A DNA stretch of 64,000 nt from an uncultured Spirochaetales bacterium. GTDB taxonomy: Bacteria; Myxococcota_A; UBA9160; JAFDET01. The translations under genes and the position numbers were made by a program. Numbering within the stretch: position 1 is the stretch's first letter; every line of letters starts with the position of its first letter. The stretch covers positions 33,516 to 97,515 of the forward strand of contig CAYTZH010000010.1 in assembly GCA_964442285.1 (NCBI GenBank), read 5' to 3'. Under the pieces are notes generated by a model. That model worked only from the letters and a program-made list of their open reading frames with translations, did not search any database and was not told where the DNA came from. Below, piece after piece: positions 26,923 to 34,858 of the stretch.

Positions 26923-27256
26923 CGGCGGCAGGGGCGCCCGCGCCGTATCGCGCTTCTGGCAGCGCCGGCTGCGGCCGGCGGCGGAGCGGCTGAAGGCGCG
27001 CGGGGTCGGGTTCTTCCCCCGCGGCCCCGAGCGCGAGGCGGAGAGCTGGTACGTGGCGGGCCCTCCGGCGGAGGCACCGGAGCTGGTCGAGATCCCCCTC
27101 GACGGCTGCGCCGACCTGCTGCGGCGTCACTGGGAGGAGGCCGGGCTCCCGGAGCTGGCCGCCCTGGCCGACGAGCTCGTGGAGCTCGCCCGGGCCTGCG
27201 AGATCGAGGCCGAGGAGTCGGCCGACGTCTCGCCCTTCGTCTACGTCATGTACTGA
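26909..27256 (+). CDS. Hypothetical 115-aa protein encoded immediately 3' of carbamoyltransferase 2; C-terminal tail PFVYVMY
   Basis: ORF 26909..27256 overlaps the carbamoyltransferase 3' end by 14 nt. High third-position GC in this frame. Acidic helical C-terminal half LAALADELVELARACEIEAEESADVSPFVYVMY. I do not recognise a family. Confidence 0.55.
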   Translation: MSSTDGGRGARAVSRFWQRRLRPAAERLKARGVGFFPRGPEREAESWYVAGPPAEAPELVEIPLDGCADLLRRHWEEAGLPELAALADELVELARACEIEAEESADVSPFVYVMY

Positions 27257-27265
27257 GCGGTCGGT

Positions 27266-28504
27266 TCAGCGGCCCGCCAGCCCGGCGAGGAGGCCCGCGA
27301 AGCGGGTGCCGATCACGCGGCGGTCGAAGGCGCCCGCCACGAAGGCGCGGCCGCGGGCGCCGTCGCGGTCGGCCCGGGCGGGGTCGCGCAGGTAGGCGAG
27401 CATGGCGTCCGCCAGGGCGTCGGGATCGCCGGGCGTCACCACGGTTCCCCCCTCGGCCCGCTCCACCGTCTCCGCTCCCTCGCCGCCCGCCTGATACAGG
27501 ACCGGCCGGCCGCTGGCGAGGGACTCGTAGAGCTTCGACGGCACGGTGCTCGTGTCCTTGCGGGGGCGCAGGGTGACCAGCACGCCGGTGGCGCGACGCA
27601 GCAGCGAGAAGACCGCGGCCCGCGGCTGGCGCGGCACGAACACGACCCGATCGAGCGCCCGTCGCGCGACCTGCGCGCGCAAGTCCGCCTCGCGGGGCCC
27701 CTCGCCCACGAGGACGAGCTGGGTCGTGGCGTAGGCCTCGGGATCCTTCTCCCGCAGGCGTGCGAAGGCGTCCACGACGATGTCCAGGCCCTGGGGCGTG
27801 TTCAGGATGCCCGCGTAGGCGAAGTAGCGGCCGTCGGGCGCGAGCGGGGCGAAGTCCGCCGGCAGCGGCTGCTTCGACTCGGCGTCGAAGAGGGCCACGT
27901 CGACCCCGTTGGGGAGCACGTGGATCTTCTCTGGGGAGACGCCGATCTCCACCAGCCGCGCCTTCCAGCCCTCGGTGACGGCGCTGATGGCGTCGGCCGA
28001 GCGGTAGAGGGCGCGCGCGAGGGCCTCGAAGGCCCAGATCAGGACCGGGTTGGTGAGGCGACCGCTCTGCACGATGGCCTCGGGCCAGATGTCGCGCACG
28101 TCGAGCACCATGGGCACCCGGCGGGTCCACGCCGCCACCAGGCCCGGGATGCCCACGCTCGGCGGCGGCGTGGTGGCGACCACCACGTCCGGGCGCAGGC
28201 TCCGGTCGAAGAGCACCCGCAGGCAGGCCGAGAGCAGGAAGCTGGCGTAGGCCAGCGGGCGACCGCCGCGACCCGAACGTGTGTAGATCGGGCAGCGCTT
28301 CACGGTGACGCCGTCGCGGGTCTCGCTGAAGAAGCCCCGGCCGCGGTAGCCCTCGTGGATCGCACCGCCCGGGAAGTGGGGGAGGCCGGTCACCACCGTC
28401 ACGTCGTGGCCGTCGGCGATCCAGCGCTGGGCGAAGTCGTGGAAGCGTCCCGCCGGGGCGCCCATGTCGGGCGGGAAGTACTGCGAGACGACGAGGATCC
28501 TCAT
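27266..28504 (-). CDS. Glycosyltransferase family 4 (WcaI-like)
   Basis: Internal ATG at 28504 of ORF 27266..29977, in an ATGA overlap with the upstream stop. N-terminus MRILVVSQYFPPDMGAPAGRFHDFAQRW is typical of WcaI-type GT4. Also VPSKLYESLASGRPVL. Confidence 0.8.
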   Translation of the reverse strand: MRILVVSQYFPPDMGAPAGRFHDFAQRWIADGHDVTVVTGLPHFPGGAIHEGYRGRGFFSETRDGVTVKRCPIYTRSGRGGRPLAYASFLLSACLRVLFDRSLRPDVVVATTPPPSVGIPGLVAAWTRRVPMVLDVRDIWPEAIVQSGRLTNPVLIWAFEALARALYRSADAISAVTEGWKARLVEIGVSPEKIHVLPNGVDVALFDAESKQPLPADFAPLAPDGRYFAYAGILNTPQGLDIVVDAFARLREKDPEAYATTQLVLVGEGPREADLRAQVARRALDRVVFVPRQPRAAVFSLLRRATGVLVTLRPRKDTSTVPSKLYESLASGRPVLYQAGGEGAETVERAEGGTVVTPGDPDALADAMLAYLRDPARADRDGARGRAFVAGAFDRRVIGTRFAGLLAGLAGR

Positions 28505-29913
28505 TCGTCGACGAGCTCGGGAAGCTGCAGGGGCGCGCAGGGGAAGACCAGGGCGTCGGCCTCGGGAAGGCCGCGCCCGAGGGTCTCGACCAGCGCCGCC
28601 CAGTCGCGGAAGAGGTGCCCGCCGCGGTACTTGCGCCGGAAGCCCCAGTCCGGGAAGCGCTCGGACCAGACCAGGGTCCGGGCGTCGCCGGGCGACGGGG
28701 CGGGCGCGGCCACGTCGGGCGGCAGCCGGCCTTCGCCCGCGGCGAAGGCGGCGTAGGCCAGGTGGTTCATGTGGAAGTAGCAGGTGCGCGCCGCGAGCAC
28801 GGGCGTCGGCAGGGCCCGGGCCAGGCCCCGCAGCCAGGCGGACCAGGCGCGGGGCTCGCGGAGCCAGCCGGGCAGGTTGCGCAGCAGCCGGCGCGGGTCG
28901 ACGCCGCTGCCCATGCCCATGCCGTGGTAGAAGACCCCGTCGCTGGCGGCGTTCACCGCCACGGTCCAGGGCGCGTCGAACTTCTTCGCGATGGTGATGC
29001 TCTTGCCCATCTGGATCGGATCCGTGTCGAGGGGGAAGGCGTTCACGACCACCGCCTGCGCGCGGTCGGCCAGCGCCCGCGGCACGGGCGTGCGGCCGAT
29101 CTCCCGGGCGCGGCGGGCGGCGGCCCGATGGGCCTCCACCGGGTCGCCCGTCCAGAGGCCCGCCAGCTCGGCCCGACCGTTCATCACCGCGCACACCGCG
29201 GCATGCACGCCCACCTGGCGCGCGACGGCCTCGGACCAGGCGCGCCGGTCGAGGCGGCCCCCGGCCGCCTCGAGGCTGCCGACCTCCCGGGGCGGCAGGC
29301 TGCCGTGGAAGTGGGCGATGGTCAGGCGGCCCGCGACCCCGGGCACCACCATCTTGGCGCCGCCGCCGAAGCCGGTCTCGTTGTGGGGGATCACGCCGCC
29401 CACGACGATCCGCAGGTCCGCCTCGAGGAAGTGCCGGTTCAGGTAGACCGGGCCGCCCGCCACGTGTCCCACGAAGCGGACGTCGGGTCCCATGAAGTCG
29501 TGCATGACCACGGCGCCCGCCCGCTCCGCGGCCGGACCGAGCTTGCGCGCGGTCTCGTCGGCGGTCATGGGGCGGTGGGCGGCGGTGCCCACCAGGAGGG
29601 TGACGGCGTCCCCGCCGAGGCCGCCCGCGGCGAGGGCGTCCAGCAGCCGGGGCAGGAAGCGGTGCACGGGCGTCGGCCGGGTGAGGTCGTCCACGGCGAT
29701 CACCGCGCAGCGGCGCCCCCGGGCCAGCTCCGTCAGGGGCGGGCCGCCCACGGGTGCCGCGAACGCCCGCGCGATCGCCGCCTCGTCCGCGGCCGGGGCA
29801 TCCTCCGGGTCGAGCCGATGCAGCCGCCAGCCCGGCGGGAACGCGAGCTCCCGGTCGGGGAGATCGGTCCAGGCGCCGAACGGAAGGGCCACGCGCGGAG
29901 GCTCGGGGCTCAT
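28501..29913 (-). CDS. LarA-like (DUF2088, lactate-racemase N-terminal domain family) protein
   Basis: ORF 28501..29913. Motifs AVDDLTRPTP (the D-x-T-R-P motif), GTAAHRPMT, and GVIPHNETGFGGGAKMVVPG followed by TIAHFH. These correspond to the His/Lys/His positions I recall for the nickel-pincer-nucleotide site of LarA. Confidence 0.65.
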   Translation of the reverse strand: MSPEPPRVALPFGAWTDLPDRELAFPPGWRLHRLDPEDAPAADEAAIARAFAAPVGGPPLTELARGRRCAVIAVDDLTRPTPVHRFLPRLLDALAAGGLGGDAVTLLVGTAAHRPMTADETARKLGPAAERAGAVVMHDFMGPDVRFVGHVAGGPVYLNRHFLEADLRIVVGGVIPHNETGFGGGAKMVVPGVAGRLTIAHFHGSLPPREVGSLEAAGGRLDRRAWSEAVARQVGVHAAVCAVMNGRAELAGLWTGDPVEAHRAAARRAREIGRTPVPRALADRAQAVVVNAFPLDTDPIQMGKSITIAKKFDAPWTVAVNAASDGVFYHGMGMGSGVDPRRLLRNLPGWLREPRAWSAWLRGLARALPTPVLAARTCYFHMNHLAYAAFAAGEGRLPPDVAAPAPSPGDARTLVWSERFPDWGFRRKYRGGHLFRDWAALVETLGRGLPEADALVFPCAPLQLPELVDE

Positions 29914-29919
29914 GCTCCT

Positions 29920-29955
29920 CCTTCGGTCGCCGAGGCGGGCTCGGGGCGCCGAAGG
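29920..29955 (-). promoter_or_regulatory. 5'-UTR stem-loop partly sequestering the Shine-Dalgarno of the LarA-like gene
   Basis: The minus-strand RNA reads CCUUCGG-cgcc-CCGAG-cccgc-CUCGG-cga-CCGAAGG-AGGAGC-AUG. It forms a 7-bp outer stem plus a 5-bp inner stem. The 3' arm CCGAAGG is the 5' part of the SD AAGGAGGAG. Confidence 0.3.
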
Positions 29956-30051
29956 GATACCCCATCCCGGCCCGCACCGCGCCCGCCCCGTGCGCTCCCC
30001 CGCGCCACTTTGCGGGCCACGGCGCGGCCCCGCGCGCTACCCTGCGGCGCC

Positions 30052-31263
30052 ATGGCGCCTCCGGCAGCGAGTCTCCCCGGAGCGGTGGTCTTCACCGTGT
30101 CGCCCACGGGTCTCGCCGTGGCGCGCTCGCTCGCGCCCCGGGGCGTCGCGGTCTGGGGCGTCGACCCCGACCGCTGGGAGATCGGCCACGCTTCCCGCTG
30201 GTTGCGCCGCGATCCGCGCTTCTCCTTCCTGCCGCCGGGCCCGGCGCTGCTGGAGGCCCTGCTGGCGTTCGGGGCCGAGCAGGCCCAGCGGCCGGTGCTC
30301 TTCCTGGGCGGCGACCCCTACATGGACTTCGTCGCCGAGCACCACGAGCGGCTCCGGGATCGCTTCGTGCTGGCCGAATCCATGCGACCCGAGGTCCTGA
30401 GCGTCCTGCTCAACAAACGGACCTTCTACGAGCGTTGTCAGCGTCTGGGGGCGGCCATGCCCACCACCTATTTCCCGAGCGATGTCGCCGAGGCGCGCGC
30501 GGCGTCGGCGGAGCTGCGCTACCCGGCCATCGTGAAGCCCACCCACGCCCACCTCGTGCGCCAGCGACTCGGCGGCAACAAGCTGGTGGAAGTGGGCGAC
30601 GCCGAAGCCCTCGTCGCCTGGTGGGAGCGCTTCCGCGCGTGGGGCACCGACTCGGTGCTGCAGGAGATCATCCCCGGGCCCGAGCGCAACATCATGGTGG
30701 GCGGGGTCTACATGGATGCGCAGCTCCGCTGTCGATCCCTCTTCACCGGCCGGAAGAATCGGCAGTATCCGCCCTGGTACGGCTCCGGCTCCTACATGGA
30801 GGCCTGCTGGTCCGACGAGATCGCCGCGCTCTCCGAGGACCTCCTGCAGCGCCTCGAGTACCGCGGCGTGGCCGGGACCGAGTTCAAGTGGGACGAGCGG
30901 GACGGCGTCTGGAAGCTGATCGAGGTGAATCCGCGTCCCACGCTCTGGTTCGCCCTCACCCGCGCCGCCGGCGTCGACGTGGTCTGGGACGCCTACTGCG
31001 ATCTGCTCGGTCGTCCCAACGAGGTGCACGTCAATTGCCAGGACGATCGCGCCCGCTGGCAGCTCCTGGTCCGCGACCTGGTGAGCAGCTGGCACTTCCT
31101 GCGCCACGAGGACCTCGGCCTGCGGGAGTACTGGCGCACCGTGGTGGATCCCCGCGGCAAGGAGTACGCGGTGCTCTCCCTCCGGGATCCGGGCACCCTG
31201 TTCGCGTATCCTCTGAACAGCTTCTCCAAGTGGTGGAACCACGTCCGTCGGAGATCCTCGTGA
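30052..31263 (+). CDS. ATP-grasp domain ligase (carboxylate-amine ligase-like)
   Basis: Internal ATG at 30052 of ORF 28615..31263. Motifs RYPAIVKPTH, SVLQEIIPGPERN and KLIEVNPRP, matching the ATP-grasp K, E-x-I-x-G and E-x-N elements. Confidence 0.75.
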   Translation: MAPPAASLPGAVVFTVSPTGLAVARSLAPRGVAVWGVDPDRWEIGHASRWLRRDPRFSFLPPGPALLEALLAFGAEQAQRPVLFLGGDPYMDFVAEHHERLRDRFVLAESMRPEVLSVLLNKRTFYERCQRLGAAMPTTYFPSDVAEARAASAELRYPAIVKPTHAHLVRQRLGGNKLVEVGDAEALVAWWERFRAWGTDSVLQEIIPGPERNIMVGGVYMDAQLRCRSLFTGRKNRQYPPWYGSGSYMEACWSDEIAALSEDLLQRLEYRGVAGTEFKWDERDGVWKLIEVNPRPTLWFALTRAAGVDVVWDAYCDLLGRPNEVHVNCQDDRARWQLLVRDLVSSWHFLRHEDLGLREYWRTVVDPRGKEYAVLSLRDPGTLFAYPLNSFSKWWNHVRRRSS

Positions 31264-32234
31264 GCGTCGGCAGCGATCCGATCCCGAACATGATGACCGT
31301 CGACGTGGAGGACTGGTTCCACATCCTCGACGCCGACGAGGCGCCGGACCGGGAGGGCTGGGCCGCGCTCGAGTCGCGGGTCGTCGCCAACACCGAGCGC
31401 CTGCTCGCGCTCTTCGCGGCGGCGGAGGTGCGCACCACCTGCTTCATCGTCGGCTGGGTGGCCTGGCGCTGCCCGGAGCTCGTGCGGCGGATCGCCGACG
31501 CCGGCCACGAGGTGGCCTCCCACAGCTTCTGGCACGAGATCCTTCACCGCCACGACCGCGCCTCCCTGGCCCGCGACCTCGAGCGCTCCCGGAAGCTGCT
31601 GCAGGACCTCTCCGGGCAGCCGGTGCGGGGCTTCCGCGCCCCCGGCGCCTCGGTCACGGCGGAGACGGCCTGGGCCTTCGACGTGCTGGTGGAGCAGGGC
31701 TTCGCCTACGACGCCTCGATCTGCCCCGGCGTGTCGAGCCACGGCGGCTTCCGCTCGCCCTTCCCGGGGCCCCACCGGGTGCGCTGCGAGGCCGGCGAGC
31801 TGGTGGAGATCCCGTCCTCCACCGCCGAGCTGGGCGGGCGCCGGATCCCCTACGCCGGCGGCGGCTACCTGCGCCTGTTCCCGTACCTGCTGATCCGGGG
31901 CGCCCTGCGTCGGGACAACCGCGCCGGTCGCCCCGCCAACGTGTACCTGCATCCGCGGGAGATCGATCCGGCGCAGCCGCGCATGGCGCTGCCCGCCAAG
32001 CGCCGCTTCAAGTACTACGTGGGCCTGCGCAGCACCGAGGAGAAGGTGCGGGCGCTGCTGCGCGACTTCCGCTGGACCTCGTGCGCGGACTGGATCGCGC
32101 GCTTCGGGCCGGCCGAGGGGACCGACGTCCTGGACGTGCGCGCGACCGCGGCGGAGCACCCGCCCGCGCCCGATCCGGCGCGCGTACCGCCCGCGCCCCC
32201 GCTCGAGGCCTACGCCGAGAGCGTGGCCTCGTAG
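31260..32234 (+). CDS. XrtA/PEP-CTERM-locus-type polysaccharide deacetylase (CE4/DUF3473-like)
   Basis: Part of ORF 29754..32234. The GTG at 31260 overlaps the ATP-grasp stop (GTGA); alternative ATGs at 31290 and 31293. Motifs MMTVDVEDWFH, VASHSFWHE (H-x-x-x-H) and VRGFRAPGAS. Confidence 0.8.
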   Translation: MSVGSDPIPNMMTVDVEDWFHILDADEAPDREGWAALESRVVANTERLLALFAAAEVRTTCFIVGWVAWRCPELVRRIADAGHEVASHSFWHEILHRHDRASLARDLERSRKLLQDLSGQPVRGFRAPGASVTAETAWAFDVLVEQGFAYDASICPGVSSHGGFRSPFPGPHRVRCEAGELVEIPSSTAELGGRRIPYAGGGYLRLFPYLLIRGALRRDNRAGRPANVYLHPREIDPAQPRMALPAKRRFKYYVGLRSTEEKVRALLRDFRWTSCADWIARFGPAEGTDVLDVRATAAEHPPAPDPARVPPAPPLEAYAESVAS

Positions 32235-34858
32235 ACGCCCGTCACCCCGTCCACCGCCTGCAGGGCCACCTCGCGCACCCGGCGGCGCACGCCGTCGGCG
32301 GCGAGCGCCGCCGGCACGTCGACGCTGGCCCGTCGGTAGGGGAGGGAGGAGCGCAGCCGCAGGGTGTCGCCCGCACGCTCGGCGGTGATGCCGCTCGCCG
32401 CGCCGTCGACGGCGTCCGCCGCCACCACCAGCTCCCAGGCCGCGTCCCGCGCGTCCACCCGGAAGCGCAGCGGGCCGGGCTCCACCGGCGAGCGCCGCGC
32501 CGGCCAGCGCTCGCCGTCGCGCTCGATCCAGGCCTCGCGGACCCGTCCGAAGAGCCAGGCCGGGGGCAGCACCGTCACCTCCCGGGGCTGCTCCGCCGAC
32601 ACCGGGATGTCGCGGCCCACCAGCCGCAGCACGTAGCGATAGGTCTCCTGCCCCGCGTCGGGCGCCGCCAGCTCCACCACCTCCTCGTCGCGCCAGGCCA
32701 GCAGCCGGGGCGTGTAGCGCTCGTACCAGGCGAGCACCGCGTCCCGGGTGCGGGAGAAGCGTACCTCCGGGTGGGCGCGGGCCACGTGGGCCAGGTGGTC
32801 GCGGATCGTGGCCCAGTCGCCGTAGCCCGCCTCGAGGGAGTCCCACTGCCGACCCATGCGCCAGTTAATGAACTTGTCGTGGGTCATGGCGCAGATCACG
32901 TGCACGCCGGGGAGCGCGCCGCCCTCCGGCGTGCGCAGGGCGTCGATCCGACCGTCGACGTAGCCGTTCAGCACGCCCACGTCCGAGAGGAAGTCGGCCT
33001 CGATGTTGAACTCGGCGCGGATCTCCAGGGCCCGCATGCGCTCGGGGCCGGCCGCCGGCTGGCGCGGATCGCCGTCGACCGGGTAGGTGGCCCGGGCCAT
33101 CGGCCGGTGGTAGAGCCGCGGCTTCGGCACGTCGCTGTCCGCCAGCAGCTCGAGCCGCTGGAGCAGGGCGAGGGAGCGCGCGCGCTCGGGGGCGTCCTCG
33201 CCGAAGTCGAAGGAGCCGGCGCGGAAGCAGGTGACCCGGAAGCGCGGGTCGCCCAGGCGCCCGAGGGCCTCGAGCGCGCCGATGCCGCGCCAGGTGGCCC
33301 AGGCGCGGGAGCCCTCCAGCGCGGCGTCGCCCAGGGCGGGGAAGGCGCGGCTCCAGAACCCGCGCTGGGGCAGCGGCGTCTCGAGGAACGCCGCGGGCGT
33401 GGTCACCCGGTCCGACTCGGGATCGAAGCCGTGGCAGAAGACGTCGGTGCCCGGGTCGTGGAAGGCGTGGCAGTGCAGGCCCAGGTCGTTGCCGTTCGCC
33501 ACCGCCTCGATCAGGTGCTCGGCGCTGGCGTCGGCGACCGCCTGCCAGGTGTCGCCGCGGGACTGGCGCGCGGCCCAGGGCACCAGGTGGAGGGAGCCCA
33601 CGTCCACCATGTGGGTCCAGGCCGCGCCCTGCTCGTTGGCCACCTGCTCGGCGAAGCGCGACTTGTCCACCAGGGTCTTGCGCGCCGCCTCGGCGTCGGT
33701 GGCCTCGCGCTCGTCGTAGAGCTCGTGGTCCTCGGTGATCGTGTAGTGGATCTCGCCAGGCTCCCGGTCGGGAACGCCGAACGCCAGCGACAGCCGCTCC
33801 ACCCGGGCTCCCGAGGCCAGCGCCAGCTCCAGGCGCCACGGCCGACCGCCGGCCACGGCGTCGGGCCGGAGAGCGGTCACGCGCACCGTGAGCGACGTGT
33901 TGCCCTCCGCCACCGGAATCCGCCCCCGCGGCTCGCAGAGGAGTCCGTGGCCGCAGGGCTCGAGCACGTGGAGCCCGGCCGCACCCCCGGAGACCTGGAC
34001 CCCGACCTCGATCTCGACGGATTCGCCGACCTCGAGCGCGGCCGGGCGGGTGCCGGAGACCGACAGCCTCAGGTGGGCCACGTGCCCGCTCCCGGACAGG
34101 CGCTCCAGACCGACGATGGCCGCGTCGCACCCGGGGTCGAGGGCCAGGGCGCGGCCCCAGGCCTCCCGGGCGCGCTCCGGCGCCGCGTGCTCGCAGGCGT
34201 CGCCCAGCTCGGACCAGACGGCGACGTCCAGGGGGTCCAGGTCCGCGGCGCGCTCCAGGGCGCCCTCCGCCAGGCTCGCGACGCCGGAGGCCAGGGCGCG
34301 GCGGCCGAGGGCGAGCCAGAGGTCCGCGCGACCGCCGTCGAGCCGGCCGGCCTCGTCGAGCAGGCGCTCCTCCCGCGCGCGGTCGCCGGCCCGGGCCGCC
34401 GCGGCGGCCAGGTGGAGCAGGCCGTCCACCCGGCTGCCCAGGGGCGCGTCCGACTTGCGCAGCGCGGCCTCGGCGTCGCCGAAGCGCCCCTCGGCCAGGA
34501 GCTTCTCGAGGTCCTCGGAGGGGCCGCCGCCCTGGCGACGCGAGCGGCGCCAGGCCAGGGTGGTGCGCAGGGCGCCGAGCACCGAGGTCTCGAGGGTGTT
34601 GTGGGCGAGGTGCTCGAAGGCGTCCCGGTGCCGGGCCGCCGCGCCCGCATCGCCCCGGGCCTCGGCGCGGGCGGCGAGCAGCCGGTGGGCGTCCCGCGCC
34701 CCGGGGTGGATGCGCAAGGCGGCCCAGGCGGCCCCGGGCAGCCAGGACCCCACCCGCACGAGGCCCGCCGCGGTCAGCTCCCGCGCCGCCCGCCGCAGCA
34801 CGAAGGCGTCGTGGGCCGTGACCTGGCGCAGCAGCAGCGCGAGCTCGCGTCGCTTCAC
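32210..34858 (-). CDS. 882-aa multidomain hypothetical protein: N-terminal TPR-like region, middle beta-sandwich-like region, C-terminal divergent deacetylase-like region
   Basis: Part of ORF 32210..35383. The GTG at 34858 overlaps the upstream stop (GTGA). There is no signal peptide or TM segment. TPR-like helices occupy roughly residues 1-300. C-terminal motifs IHYTITEDHELY, LGLHCHAFHD and CFRAGSFDFG parallel TVDVEDWF, SHSFWHE and FRAPGAS of the neighbouring deacetylase. The fold assignment is an inference. Confidence 0.55.
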   Translation of the reverse strand: MKRRELALLLRQVTAHDAFVLRRAARELTAAGLVRVGSWLPGAAWAALRIHPGARDAHRLLAARAEARGDAGAAARHRDAFEHLAHNTLETSVLGALRTTLAWRRSRRQGGGPSEDLEKLLAEGRFGDAEAALRKSDAPLGSRVDGLLHLAAAAARAGDRAREERLLDEAGRLDGGRADLWLALGRRALASGVASLAEGALERAADLDPLDVAVWSELGDACEHAAPERAREAWGRALALDPGCDAAIVGLERLSGSGHVAHLRLSVSGTRPAALEVGESVEIEVGVQVSGGAAGLHVLEPCGHGLLCEPRGRIPVAEGNTSLTVRVTALRPDAVAGGRPWRLELALASGARVERLSLAFGVPDREPGEIHYTITEDHELYDEREATDAEAARKTLVDKSRFAEQVANEQGAAWTHMVDVGSLHLVPWAARQSRGDTWQAVADASAEHLIEAVANGNDLGLHCHAFHDPGTDVFCHGFDPESDRVTTPAAFLETPLPQRGFWSRAFPALGDAALEGSRAWATWRGIGALEALGRLGDPRFRVTCFRAGSFDFGEDAPERARSLALLQRLELLADSDVPKPRLYHRPMARATYPVDGDPRQPAAGPERMRALEIRAEFNIEADFLSDVGVLNGYVDGRIDALRTPEGGALPGVHVICAMTHDKFINWRMGRQWDSLEAGYGDWATIRDHLAHVARAHPEVRFSRTRDAVLAWYERYTPRLLAWRDEEVVELAAPDAGQETYRYVLRLVGRDIPVSAEQPREVTVLPPAWLFGRVREAWIERDGERWPARRSPVEPGPLRFRVDARDAAWELVVAADAVDGAASGITAERAGDTLRLRSSLPYRRASVDVPAALAADGVRRRVREVALQAVDGVTGVYEATLSA

